A stretch of 64,000 nt of DNA from an uncultured Actinomycetes bacterium (lineage in GTDB: Bacteria; Actinomycetota; Thermoleophilia; Gaiellales; JALYLC01). Position 1 is the first letter of the stretch, and every line of letters starts with the position of its first letter. The notes beneath the pieces are model-generated. The model searched no databases, was not told the origin of the DNA, and saw only the letters and a program-made list of their open reading frames with translations. The stretch lies in the NCBI GenBank assembly GCA_963705965.1, contig CAVPLI010000001.1:324720-388719 (forward strand), given 5' to 3'. Positions 10,618 to 20,280 of this stretch are shown here, one piece after another. A program made the translations under genes and the position numbers.

Positions 10618-11779
10618 ATGACGAGCGCAGCAGAGCATGCATTCGGCAAGGGCGCGCCGCTGACGCTCGGCGTCGAGGAGGAGTTCATGCTCCTCGACGC
10701 GACGACGTTCGAGCTCTGCAGCCGCTTCGACGAGGTCGCCGACGTGCTCGCGGACGGCCCGCTCGACGGGCGGGCCCATCCCGAGCTGATGCAGAGCACG
10801 CTCGAGGTCGCATCGGTCGTGTGCCGCGACGTCGACGACCTGCGCAGCGACCTCGAGACCGTGCGCCGCGGCATCACGGCGGCGATCGAGCCGCTCGGCA
10901 TGCGGCTCGCGGGCGCCGGCGCGCACCCGTTCTCGCGCTCGGAGGACCAGCGCATCACGACGCGCGACCGCTACCGCTGGCTCGTCGAGCAGCTGCAGTA
11001 CGTGGCGCGCCGCGAGCTCGTGTTCGGCATGCACGTGCACGTCGCGGTGCCGGAGCCCGATCTCGCGATGCACGTCATGGAGAGCCTGCTGGCCGAGCTG
11101 CCCGTCCTCCTGGCGCTGTCGGCGAGCTCGCCGTTCTGGCGCGGCGAGGCGACCGGGCTCGCCTCGACGCGCACCGCGATCTTCGCGAGCATGCCCCGCT
11201 CGGGCCAGCCGCCGCGCTTCACGTCCTACGAGGACTACCTCGAGATGGTCGGCACGATGGAGGAGGCCGGCGTGATCGACGACTACACGTACCTGTGGTG
11301 GGACGTGCGCCCGCATCCGCGCCTGGGCACGGTCGAGATCCGGGTCATGGACGTGCAGTTCGACATCGACCAGATGCTCATGCTCGCCGCCTACGTGCAG
11401 GCGAGCGTCGCCCGGGCCGTCGACGAGGCCCAGCGCGGCGTGCTGCCGCCGGCGCATCACCGCCAGCTCGTCTCGGAGAACAAGTGGGCCGCGGCGCGCT
11501 ACGGCCTCGACGCGCTGCTGATGGACCTGGCCGGGGACCCGCGCACGCGGCTGCCCGCCACCGAGCTGGCGCGCCGCAGCGTCGAGCGGCTCGCGCCGTA
11601 CGCGCGCGAGCTCGGCTGCGCCGATGCGCTGCAACGAGATCGAGCGCACGATCTCCTGGGGCAACGGAGCGACGCGCATGATGCGCGCCTACAACGCCAA
11701 TCGCGACATGACCGAGCTCATGCGCGAGCTCGCGCACGCGACGGAGCTGCGCTCCGGCGAAGCGCTCAGCACGCCGTAG
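10618..11779 (+). CDS. Carboxylate-amine ligase, glutamate-cysteine ligase family 2 (YbdK-like), one frame change
   Basis: LTLGVEEEFMLLD, HPELMQSTLEVAS, FGMHVHVAV, SSPFWRG and TVEIRVMD are present. The frame changes near 11632, and the tail EIERTISWGNGATRMMRAYN ends at TAG 11777-11779. The 1061-aa track ORF is read-through antisense to the next gene. Confidence 0.8.
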
Positions 11780-13749
11780 ATGCTCTGAACGAGCGTCGCC
11801 GGCGGTTGCTCGCCGGCCTCGGTGCCCTCGAGGATCGCCTCCTCGAGCGAGCGCGCCCCGCGGCAGTCGCCGACCGGCGTGCAGGCGATGCCGCGCGCAC
11901 CGAGCGCGTGCACGAGCGCGTCGGCGGGCTCCCGGCCGAGCGCGAGCACGAGCGTCCTGACGTCGCCGGGCAGCGGCTCGGGCTCGTGCGTCCAGAGCGA
12001 GCGCAGCACGGCGCCGCCGGGCGCGTCGGCGAGCTCTCGGTGGTGCAGGATCGTGACGCCGAGCCGCTCGAGGCGCGCGAGGTAGAAGACGCGCTGGTAC
12101 TGGTGGACGTTCTCGCCCACGAGCGGTGCGGCGACCGCGAGCCACACGCGCGCGCCGGCGTCCGCGAGCGTCTCGGCCGCGTCGAGACCGGTCCAGCCGC
12201 CGCCCCAGTCGGCCACGAGCACCGGCCCGCTCACGCGCTCGGGCGCGCGGATGGCATCCCAGGCGTCGATCACCTCGACGCCGGGCGGGGCCGTGATCGA
12301 GGGTGTGTGCGCGACGGCGCCGGTGGCCACGATCACGCGATCGGCGCCGGCCGCGAGCGGGGAATCGCCGTCGATGCGCGTGCCGAGGCGCACGTCCACG
12401 CCCGCCGCCTCCAGGCGTCGCGCCCAGTCGGCCTGGTAGCGCCGCACGGTCTCGCGGTGCGCGGGCGCGTGTCCGGCCAGCGCGAACTGACCGCCCAGGG
12501 CGGCGCCGGCCTCGACCAGCGTGACCTCGGCACCTGCGCGTCCCGCTCCCACGGCAGCTGCCAGGCCGGCGGGGCCGCCGCCCACGACGAGCACGCGCGA
12601 TCCGGCCTGCGGCGCCGGCTCGGGCAGCGTGCGCTCGCGTCCCGTGCGCGGATTCTGGAGGCACGAGATCGGCATGCCGAGGTGGTAGTGGCCGATGCAG
12701 CCCTGATTGCAGCCGGTGCAGAGGATGCGCTCCTCCTCGCGTCCCTCGGCGATGCGCCGCGGCAGGTCGGGATCGGCGATCAGCGCGCGCGTCATGCCGA
12801 CCGCGTCGGCCGCGCCCGCGGCCAGCAGGGCCTCGGCCTCGGCCGGCTCGTGGATGCGCGAGGTGGCGATCAGCGGAACGCCCAGGCGCTCGTGCAGGAT
12901 CGCCGCCGGCGCGTGCATGGAGTCGCGCGCGATCGGCGGCGGCGGCACGATCCAGGCTGCGCCGACGTAGCTCGCCGAGTCTCCGATGACGGCGCTCGCG
13001 TAGTCGATCAGGCCCTCGCCCGCGAGCGTGCGCAGGATCGCGGCCGTCTCCGGCGCGTGGCGGCCCTCCGGCAGCGTCTCGTCGGCCGAGAGCCGGATGC
13101 CCACCGCGAGCCCCGAGCCGCCGCCGCGCCGCATCGCGCGCAGCGCCTCGCGCACGTAGTGCAGCCGGCGCTCGGCGTCGCCGCCCCAGGCGTCGTCGCG
13201 GCGGTTCGTGCGCTCGCTCAGGAACTGCGTCGGCAGGTAGCCGTGCGAGGCGCACAGCTCGATGCCGTCCAGCCCGGCTGCCCGCGCGTGGCCGGCCACC
13301 AGCTCGTGGTGCTCGATGATCTCCTCGATCTCGCCCGCGCTGAGTGCGCGCGGCTCGACCTTGAAGCGCTGACTCGGCACCGCGGACGGTGCGACCGCCG
13401 GCGCGCGGGGCGGGTCGTCGATCTGCTCGCGGCCGCCGTGGAAGAGCTGTGCGAAGAGCCGCGTGCCGCCCGCGTGCACGGCGTCTGCGACACGTGCGAG
13501 CCGTTCGACGACGCGCGGGTCGTAGCCGGCGATCGTGTGGCCGGTCAGCAGGCCGCTCGGGTGCACGGCCGTGGCCTCGATGCAGATCAGCCCGGTACCG
13601 CCGGCGGCGCGCGCAGCGTGGTAGGCGACGAAGTCGTCCGTGGGCAGGCCGTCCTCGACGAGCGTCGTCTGGTGCGCCGTCGAGACGATGCGGTTGGCGA
13701 TCTCGATCGGCCCGATCCGCAGCGGCCGGAGGAGCAACGGGTACGCCAT
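11689..13749 (-). CDS. OYE-type NADH:flavin oxidoreductase fused to an FAD/NAD(P)-binding domain (2,4-dienoyl-CoA reductase FadH-like)
   Basis: Intact frame from MAYPLLLRPLRIG. It has HGGREQ, the 4Fe-4S motif CTGCNQGCIGH and the Rossmann motif VLVVGGGPAGLAAA. The 3' end overlaps the convergent ybdK-like gene by about 90 nt. Confidence 0.8.
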   Translation of the reverse strand: MAYPLLLRPLRIGPIEIANRIVSTAHQTTLVEDGLPTDDFVAYHAARAAGGTGLICIEATAVHPSGLLTGHTIAGYDPRVVERLARVADAVHAGGTRLFAQLFHGGREQIDDPPRAPAVAPSAVPSQRFKVEPRALSAGEIEEIIEHHELVAGHARAAGLDGIELCASHGYLPTQFLSERTNRRDDAWGGDAERRLHYVREALRAMRRGGGSGLAVGIRLSADETLPEGRHAPETAAILRTLAGEGLIDYASAVIGDSASYVGAAWIVPPPPIARDSMHAPAAILHERLGVPLIATSRIHEPAEAEALLAAGAADAVGMTRALIADPDLPRRIAEGREEERILCTGCNQGCIGHYHLGMPISCLQNPRTGRERTLPEPAPQAGSRVLVVGGGPAGLAAAVGAGRAGAEVTLVEAGAALGGQFALAGHAPAHRETVRRYQADWARRLEAAGVDVRLGTRIDGDSPLAAGADRVIVATGAVAHTPSITAPPGVEVIDAWDAIRAPERVSGPVLVADWGGGWTGLDAAETLADAGARVWLAVAAPLVGENVHQYQRVFYLARLERLGVTILHHRELADAPGGAVLRSLWTHEPEPLPGDVRTLVLALGREPADALVHALGARGIACTPVGDCRGARSLEEAILEGTEAGEQPPATLVQSIYGVLSASPERSSVACASSRMSSVMSRLAL

Positions 13750-13763
13750 CCGACGAGGATAGG

Positions 13764-15867
13764 TCAGGCCGCCGGCACGTCCCGCAGGTGGCGTGCAGGG
13801 TGACCGTGCTCCCGCGTCAGCAGCGTCAGGGTCGCGCTCACGACCTCGGGGTCGAGCGCGCTCCCGGACTGCCGCTCGAGTGCCCTCGCTGCGTCCTTCC
13901 CGCCGACCGTCCCGGCGAGCTTCACGAACGCCGCGGCGCAGGCGACGATACGGGCCTCGAGCGGGATCTCCTGGCCGCTCAGGCCGGCCGGGTAGCCGCT
14001 GCCGTCGAACCACTCCTCGTGCGCGGCGACGACATCGGCGGCATCGCTCACCCCGGCGACGCCGCGCACGAGGCGGGCTCCGGCGCCCGGATGCGCCTCG
14101 TACTCGACGCGATCGCGGTCCGTCGGCGGCCCCACGAGGCCGAGAATGCGGTCGCTCACCGCAACAGTTCCTATGTCGTGTAACAGTCCTCCGAGTCTGC
14201 AACGACTCGTCGTGGCCTGGTCGGCCAGCAGTTGCTCGGCGATCGCGACCGCCAGGTCGGAGACGCGCTCGGCATCGACGTGCGGCAGGCCCGCGCGTGC
14301 GCTCGACGAGAGCGTGAGGGCGCGGGCCAGCCGGATCGGCTCGGGCTCCTCGGCGACCAGGTCCTCGACCGTCAGGTCGCCGAACAGCTGCACGCGATCG
14401 CGCCCGCGGCGCTTGGCGGCCGCCAGCGCGCGGCCGGCGCAGTCGACCAGCCCCTCGACCGACCGCAGCGCGTCGCCCGCGCGCACCGCTCCGATCGAGA
14501 CCGTCACGGGGAGCAGGGCGTCGTCGTCGAGCGCCACCGGCAGCGCGCCGACGAGCCGGCGGATCTGCTCGGCCAGCCGGCGCAGCATCTCGTCGTCCGG
14601 CACGCCCGGCGCGAGCACGATGAACTCCTCGCCGCCCCAGCGGCCGAGCACGTCGTAGCCGCGCAGCCGGCCCTGCAGGCGCACGGCGATCTCGCTCAGG
14701 ACGCGATCGCCGACGGCATGGCCGTAGACGTCGTTGATGCGCCGGAAGTGGTCGAGATCGAGCAGCATCACGCTCGGTGGCACGCCGGTGCGCTCGGAGC
14801 GGGCGAGCTCGGCGGCGATCGAGTCGAGCACGTGGCGGCGGTTGTAGAGGCCCGTCAGCGCGTCGGTGCGCGATCGCAGCTCGGCCTCGGCGCGGCCGCC
14901 CTCGGCGGCCAGCAGCGCCTGCGTCTCGTCGCGGCGCCGTTCACGCAGCGAGATGACGCCGACGGCGGCGAGCGCGACGGCGACCGCCAGCAGCGCGAGC
15001 ACGCCGGGAGAGATCCTGGCCGCAGCCAGGAGCGACGGCTGCGGGCTGCCGGCGATGACGACCCAGCCGAGGTTCTTGGGCACTCCGGTCAGCGTGCGAT
15101 ACGCGAGCCGCAGCCCGCCCGCCGACATCGTGCCCTCGTCGGCCCAGGCCGACGTGAGCTCGCGATACGCGGGCTGGGTCCCCGGCCCGCCCGCCAGCAC
15201 GCCGTGCGAGGTGTCGAGGATCTTGCGCCCGCTCGCCCGATCGACGACCGCGACCTGGAGATCGGCTTCCGCGCCCGAGCGCGGCCGCGGCCGTCGCGCG
15301 CACGCTCGCGAGCGGCAGCTCGAAGCGCACGATCCCGAGCGGCAACCCGCGGTCGTCGCGCACGAGCGCGGAGTTCGACACGACCCACTGGCCGGTGTCG
15401 GCCGAGCGGTACGGCTGCGAGACGTGCACGCCGCCGGGCCGTGTGCCGAGCGTGGCGCGGAAGAACGGCTGGTTGCGGACGTCGCGCGCGAGCGCGGTGA
15501 CCGGCGCAGCCTCGCCGCGCACGACGCGGGCGCGCTCGCGGCCGTCGATCCCGATCGCCGAGGCCGCGCCGGCGAGGCCCGGCTCGGCGCGCTCGAGCGA
15601 GCCCAGCGCGCGATTGATCGCGGTCGCTGCGCCGCGATCGGAGGCGGAGACGCCGTCGCGGAGTGCCGCGTCGGCGGCCAGGAGCCGGAGGGCCAGGCGG
15701 GTGCGCGTGAAGAGGCCTGCCACGGCCCCGGCCTCGCCGTCGGCCTGGAGCGCCAGGCGCTGATCGAGCCGCGCTCGCGTCTCGGCGTGCTCGGACACCG
15801 CGAGCGAGATGCCCACGAGCGCGAGGACGAGGCTCGTGAGGAGTGCGATGGCGGCGGCGTTGCGCAT
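13764..15867 (-). CDS. Membrane sensor: periplasmic Cache-like domain, then GGDEF diguanylate cyclase, then HD-GYP phosphodiesterase domain (one frame change)
   Basis: Two TM segments flank an extracytoplasmic domain. The GGDEF active site is GGEEF, with RGYD five residues upstream (I-site position). HDIG and HEEWFDGSGYP are present. The frame change is at the CCC run 15274-15276. Confidence 0.8.
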
Positions 15868-15974
15868 GCGGAGGGGAGGCGCTGGGCCGCCCATCGGATC
15901 TTGGATGCAAGGGGTTGGAAATTCCACCCCCACGAGGGGGAACGCTGGGTAAGAGAAGCCACCAAGACGGCGGA

Positions 15975-16013
15975 TTCACCGTCTCGTCACCAGATCGCCA
16001 CGACTCGACCACC
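15975..16013. promoter_or_regulatory. PHO-box-like array: four hexamers at exact 11-bp phasing upstream of phoA
   Basis: The hexamers are TTCACC (15975-80), GTCACC (15986-91), GCCACG (15997-16002) and ACCACC (16008-13). A further GTTCACC lies at 16069-16075. The array sits in the divergent intergenic region between the GGDEF sensor gene and phoA. Confidence 0.45.
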
Positions 16014-16092
16014 CAATGCCGGGATGCGGCGGCGCACGGTGCAGGTGGGCCGGCGGGAGCCGGCGGATGTTCACCGGATCTGGAGGGTTCTT

Positions 16093-17446
16093 GTGAGGCG
16101 AAGGAAACTGCTGCTCGGCGCCGTGCTCGGCGCGGTGCTCGCAACGGCGGCGGGCGTCGGCGTGGCGGTCGCGAATCAGAGCGGCGACCGCTCCCTCGAG
16201 GTCGCCGCTCAGGCGAAGGCCTCCCACAGCACGGCCAAGTACGTGATCTTCCTGCTGGGCGACGGCATGGGCCAGTCGGAGATCACGATCGCCCGCAACT
16301 ATCAGTACGGCGCCGCAGGCCGCCTGCCGGGTATCGACACGCCGCCGCTGACCGGCGACATCACGACCTACGCGCTGCAGGAGGCCGATCCCAGCAAGCC
16401 CGAGTACGTGACCGACTCCGCCGCTTCGGGCACGGGCTGGGCGACCGGGCACAAGACTTCCAACGGCCGCATCTCGACGACGGCCAAGACCGACCTGACA
16501 CTGCCGACGATCTTCGAGCAGGTCGCCAAGAAGGGCTGGGCGACCGGCAATGTCTCGACCGCGGAGATCACGGACGCCACGCCCGCGGTGCTCGCCTCGC
16601 ACGTCAACGCGCGCGGCTGCCAGGGCCCGACCGACATGGCCGCGTGCCCGAAGTACAAGAAGTCGGCGGGCGGCCCCGGCTCGATCGCCGAGCAGGAGGT
16701 CGACCACTCGCTCCGACGTCATCCTCGGCGGCGGCAAGGGGCGCTTCGATCAGGTGATCGACGGCGGCCCGTACGCCGGCAAGACGGTCGTCGATCAGGC
16801 CAAGGCGCTCGGTTACACCGTCGTGACGGACGCCGCAGGGCTCGACGCCGTCAAGAAGGGCCCGGTGCTCGGCCTCTTCAACAAGGGCAACATGAGCCTC
16901 GAGTGGAAGGGCCTGCCCGCGGACAAGCCGGTCACCGGCCCGCAGGTCTGCCAGGAGAACCAGCGGCCCGCCAACGAGCCGAGCCTCGCTGCGATGACGC
17001 AGAAGGCGATCGACCTGCTGCTCGCCAAGAACTCCAAGCACTTCTACCTCCAGGTCGAGGGCGCCTCGATCGACAAGCAGGACCACGCGGCGGCTCCGTG
17101 CGAGCAGATCGGCGAGACGATCGCGTTCGACAACGCGGTCCAGGTCGCCCTCGCGTTCGCGAAGACGCATCCGAAGACGCTCATCGTCGTCACCGCCGAC
17201 CACTCCCACTCGAGCCAGATCGTCGAGCCCGGCTCGGAGATCCAGGGCCTCGGCTCGATCCTCACCACCAAGGAGGGCGCGCCGATGGAGATCAGCTACG
17301 GCACGGCCCCGAAGGGCGGCTCGCAGAGCCACACCGGCGCGCAGCTCCGCGCCGCGGCACAGGGTCCGCAGTCGGCCAACGTCGTCGGTCTGCACGACCA
17401 GACCGAGCTGTACCACCTGCTCGCGCGCGCGACCGGCGTCGAGTAG
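16093..17446 (+). CDS. phoA: Alkaline phosphatase (PhoA family), secreted; one frame change
   Basis: GTG start with GGAGGG 5 nt upstream and a signal-like N-terminus. Conserved blocks are LLGDGMG, VTDSAASGTGWATG, GNVSTAEITDATPA, QVEGASIDKQDHA and VTADHSH. The frame change lies near 16705. Confidence 0.85.
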
Positions 17447-17486
17447 CGATCACGCCAATACCGAGCGCACCGACGCTCTCGAGAGT

Positions 17487-17523
17487 CCCGGGGAGCGGCG
17501 AGAGCCGCTCCCCGGGCGGTTTT
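17487..17523 (+). terminator. Rho-independent terminator after phoA (shared gap with the convergent acyl-CoA dehydrogenase gene)
   Basis: CCCGGGGAGCGGC-GAGA-GCCGCTCCCCGGG forms a perfect 13-bp stem, followed by CGGTTTT. Confidence 0.75.
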
Positions 17524-18686
17524 CAGAGCGAGAGCATCGCGGCGACGCCGCGCCTCTCGAGCCCGCGCGCCACGACCAGGCGCTGGATCTCGGACGTGCC
17601 TTCCCAGATGCGATCGACGCGCACTTCGCGCCACAGCCGCTCGGCCGCGTTCGTGCGCATGTAGCCGCGGCCTCCGAGGACCTGAACGACGGCGTCGGCC
17701 ACGCGGCCGGCGGCCTCCGAGGCGGCGAGCTTCGCCATCGATGCCTTGCCGTGCACGAGCTTGGGATCAGCGCCGTCGTCGGCGAGCTGCGCGACGTGGC
17801 GGGTCAGCAGCTTCATCGAGAGGCACGAGCACGCGGCGTCGGCGAGCGGGAACGAGACGCCCTGGAAGTCCATGATGCGCTGCCCGAACTGCTCGCGCTC
17901 GAGTGCCCAGGCGGTGCCGATCTCGAGCAGGCGTTCCATCGCGCCGACGCAGCGCGCGGCGATGTGCACGCGCTCCTCGATGAACCACTCGTTCGTGAGC
18001 GCGTCGCCGGCCCCGATCGGCCCGAGGCGCTGGCCGTCGTCCAGCTCGACGCTGAAGCGGATCGTCGGATGGCCGACCGGGAACGTGTGCGTGAACGGCG
18101 GGTCGTCGACGATCTCGACGCCCGGGCCCTTGTCGACGAGGAAGAGCGTGGGGCCGAGATTGCTCCCGTCCTCGTCGATCGCGAGCACGTGGACGATGAA
18201 GAAGTCGGCCACGTCGCCGCTCGTCGCGAACCACTTCTCGGTCTCCATGACCCAGCGGTCGCCGCGGCGCCGCGCGGTGCCGGTGACACCCGCGGCATCG
18301 GATCCGGCATTGGCCTCGGTGATCGCGTAGCACTCACCGCGCTCGCCGCGCAGGCCGGGGCGGAGATAGCGCTCGATCTGATCGGGCGTGCCGTGGGCGA
18401 GCACGTTTGCGACGCTCGGGATGTGCCACCAGATGCCGTTCGTGTTGCGGCCGAACGCCTCGTGGACGACGACCTGCTCGAGCAGGCCCATACCCTGGCC
18501 GCCGTGCTCTGGCTGGTGGTCGAGGCCGACCAGACCGGCCTCCCGGGCTGCACGCGCGATGGCGGCGACCGTCTCCTTCGGGAGCTTCCCCCCGTTGAGC
18601 TCGGCCGTCTCCTCGTGCGGGATGCAGTGCTCGTCGACGAAGCGCCGCGCGTCCGCCGCGAGCTCCTCGAGCGTGCGGCGGCTCAC
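17523..18686 (-). CDS. Acyl-CoA dehydrogenase family protein
   Basis: Intact frame from the GTG start with ECYAITEANAGSDA, FGQRIMDFQGVSFPLAD, LGGRGY and IWEGTSEIQR. The start overlaps the upstream aminotransferase stop (GTGA). Confidence 0.85.
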   Translation of the reverse strand: MSRRTLEELAADARRFVDEHCIPHEETAELNGGKLPKETVAAIARAAREAGLVGLDHQPEHGGQGMGLLEQVVVHEAFGRNTNGIWWHIPSVANVLAHGTPDQIERYLRPGLRGERGECYAITEANAGSDAAGVTGTARRRGDRWVMETEKWFATSGDVADFFIVHVLAIDEDGSNLGPTLFLVDKGPGVEIVDDPPFTHTFPVGHPTIRFSVELDDGQRLGPIGAGDALTNEWFIEERVHIAARCVGAMERLLEIGTAWALEREQFGQRIMDFQGVSFPLADAACSCLSMKLLTRHVAQLADDGADPKLVHGKASMAKLAASEAAGRVADAVVQVLGGRGYMRTNAAERLWREVRVDRIWEGTSEIQRLVVARGLERRGVAAMLSL

Positions 18687-20059
18687 GTCGTCAGATCGCC
18701 CGCGAGCTCCGCGAACACGTCGATGAAGCGGTCGACGTCGGCGTCGTCGTGCTGCACCGAGAGCGTCCACTCCTCCTCGCGGCCGGGTGTCATGAAGACG
18801 CCGCGATTCATGTTGTAGAGCCACGCCAGCTCGTTCAGCGGGCCGTTCGTCTTGGTCGCCCAGTCGCGGTAGTTGAGGATCGGGTCGGTCGCGAAGACGA
18901 TGCAACCCTTGGCACCGAGACCGATCACGTGCGCCGGGAAGCCGTGCTTGTCGATGATCGCGGTGAGGCCGTCGTGCAGGCGGTCGTTGAGATGCTCGAG
19001 ATGGACGTAGGCCTCCGGCGTCATGACCTCCTCGAAGCTCGCGCGTGCGGCCGCCATGCTCAGCGGGTTGCCGTTGTAGGTGCCCACCTGGTAGACGAGG
19101 CCGCTCTCGATCGAGGCCATGACCTCCTCCGAGCCGCCGATCGCGCCGCTCGGCAGCCCGCCGCCGAGCGCCTTCGCGAGCGTGACGAGGTCGGGCGTGA
19201 CGCCCCAGCGCTCGACTGCGCCGCCGGCGGCGATCGTGATGCCGGTCTTGACCTCGTCGAAGATCAGCACGACGTCGTGCTTTCGCGTGATCTCGCGCAC
19301 GGCGGCCAGGTAGCCGTCCTGCGGCAGCACGACGCCGATGTTCATCATCCCGGGCTCCATGATCACGCACGCGACCGTGCCCGCGAGCTCGGTCAGGCGC
19401 GCGTCGAGCGCGTCGGCGTCGTTGAACGGCACCGGGATCGTGTTCGCGACGGTGGACGCGGGGATGCCGCCTCCGTAGGGCACGCTGTTCGGCCGGTTGG
19501 CCGGCCCGACGGCGGCGTCGTCGATGTCGATGCCGATCGACACCATCACGGTGTCGTGGTGGCCGTGGTAGGAGCCCTCCATCTTGATCACGACCTCGCG
19601 GCCGGTATGGGCGCGCGCGAGCCGGATCGCATCCATCGTCGACTCCGAGCCGGAGTTCGTGAAGCGCCACTTCGGCAGCCCCCAGCGGCGCGCGAGCTCC
19701 TCCGCGACGACGACGCTGTCCTCGGTCATCGCTGCGAAATGCGTCCCGAGCGGCATGCGCTCGGCCACGGCGCGCGTGATCGCCGGGTGGCCATGGCCCT
19801 GCACCATCGAGCCGAAGCCGTTGTGGAAGTCGCGGTACTCGGAGCCGTCGACGTCCCAGACCTTCGAGCCCGAGCCGCGCTCGAGGAAGATCGGGTGCGG
19901 GCTACGTGCCTGGTAGGAGGACGCCACGCCCATCGGCATGACCTTGCGGGAGCGCTCGTACATGCGCGCCGAGCCGCTGGTCTCCGAGTTCAGGTGGGCC
20001 TCTTCGCGCTCGGTGAGCTGAGCGATTCGCGCGGGATCGATGCCGACGCCGGTCGCCAT
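18683..20059 (-). CDS. Class-III (aspartate aminotransferase family) aminotransferase, GSA-aminomutase-like
   Basis: Intact 458-aa frame with GGAGG upstream of the ATG. Conserved blocks are FTNSGSESTMDAIRLAR, LIFDEVKTG and TLAKALGGGLP (PLP lysine context). Confidence 0.85.
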   Translation of the reverse strand: MATGVGIDPARIAQLTEREEAHLNSETSGSARMYERSRKVMPMGVASSYQARSPHPIFLERGSGSKVWDVDGSEYRDFHNGFGSMVQGHGHPAITRAVAERMPLGTHFAAMTEDSVVVAEELARRWGLPKWRFTNSGSESTMDAIRLARAHTGREVVIKMEGSYHGHHDTVMVSIGIDIDDAAVGPANRPNSVPYGGGIPASTVANTIPVPFNDADALDARLTELAGTVACVIMEPGMMNIGVVLPQDGYLAAVREITRKHDVVLIFDEVKTGITIAAGGAVERWGVTPDLVTLAKALGGGLPSGAIGGSEEVMASIESGLVYQVGTYNGNPLSMAAARASFEEVMTPEAYVHLEHLNDRLHDGLTAIIDKHGFPAHVIGLGAKGCIVFATDPILNYRDWATKTNGPLNELAWLYNMNRGVFMTPGREEEWTLSVQHDDADVDRFIDVFAELAGDLTT

Positions 20060-20115
20060 GGGGTGTACCTCCGGGTTTGCGCGGCGTGCCGCGAAGTAAA
20101 GGCACGGTAGGGGAG

Positions 20116-20135
20116 CCTTGACTCGCGAGTCAAGG
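20116..20135. promoter_or_regulatory. Perfect 20-bp palindrome, candidate operator upstream of the aminotransferase/acyl-CoA dehydrogenase operon
   Basis: CCTTGACTCGCGAGTCAAGG lies 57 bp upstream of the ATG at 20059 and 50 bp upstream of tRNA-Thr. Each half contains TTGACT. Confidence 0.4.
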
Positions 20136-20185
20136 CACATCGGATGCGCAGAGATCCGGCGCACGGTGGACAATGCGGGGAACAG

Positions 20186-20258
20186 GCCGGGTTAGCTCAG
20201 CTGGTAGAGCGCTTCTCTTGTAAGGAAGATGTCGTCGGTTCGAGTCCGACACCCGGCT
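20186..20258 (+). tRNA. tRNA-Thr (anticodon TGT)
   Basis: Hand-folded cloverleaf. The acceptor is GCCGGGT/ACCCGGC, the D arm GCTC..GAGC, the anticodon stem CTTCT/GGAAG with loop CTTGTAA, and the T arm GTCGG-TTCGAGT-CCGAC. The discriminator is T and no CCA is encoded. Confidence 0.9.
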
Positions 20259-20280
20259 CTCGAGGCTCTAACCTCGTGCG

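Noticed and set aside
11689-11779. Convergent 3'-end overlaps, considered as possible antisense regulation. They occur at the ybdK-like/OYE reductase pair (about 90 nt), the citrate synthase/xseB pair (27 nt), the S8 protease/yihY pair (27 nt) and the sigH/DUF2993-like pair (about 50 nt).
   Set aside because: Given the indel load and the scarcity of stop codons, several of these 3' ends are probably mis-extended. The overlaps are not reliable enough to interpret.
10618-13803. Very long ORFs in the supplied track, for example 10618-13803 (+), 39236-43717 (+), 27754-30666 (-), 29954-32338 (-), 59188-61611 (-), 60383-62887 (-), 3491-5728 (-) and 24965-27055 (+).
   Set aside because: Their translations are Arg/Ala/Pro/Gly-rich low-information sequence running antisense to, or out of frame with, clearly conserved genes. 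Stop codons are rare in any frame at this GC content. Several are chimeras created when a frame break removes the true stop (ybdK-like at 11632; the glp genes). They are not evidence for overprinted or giant genes.
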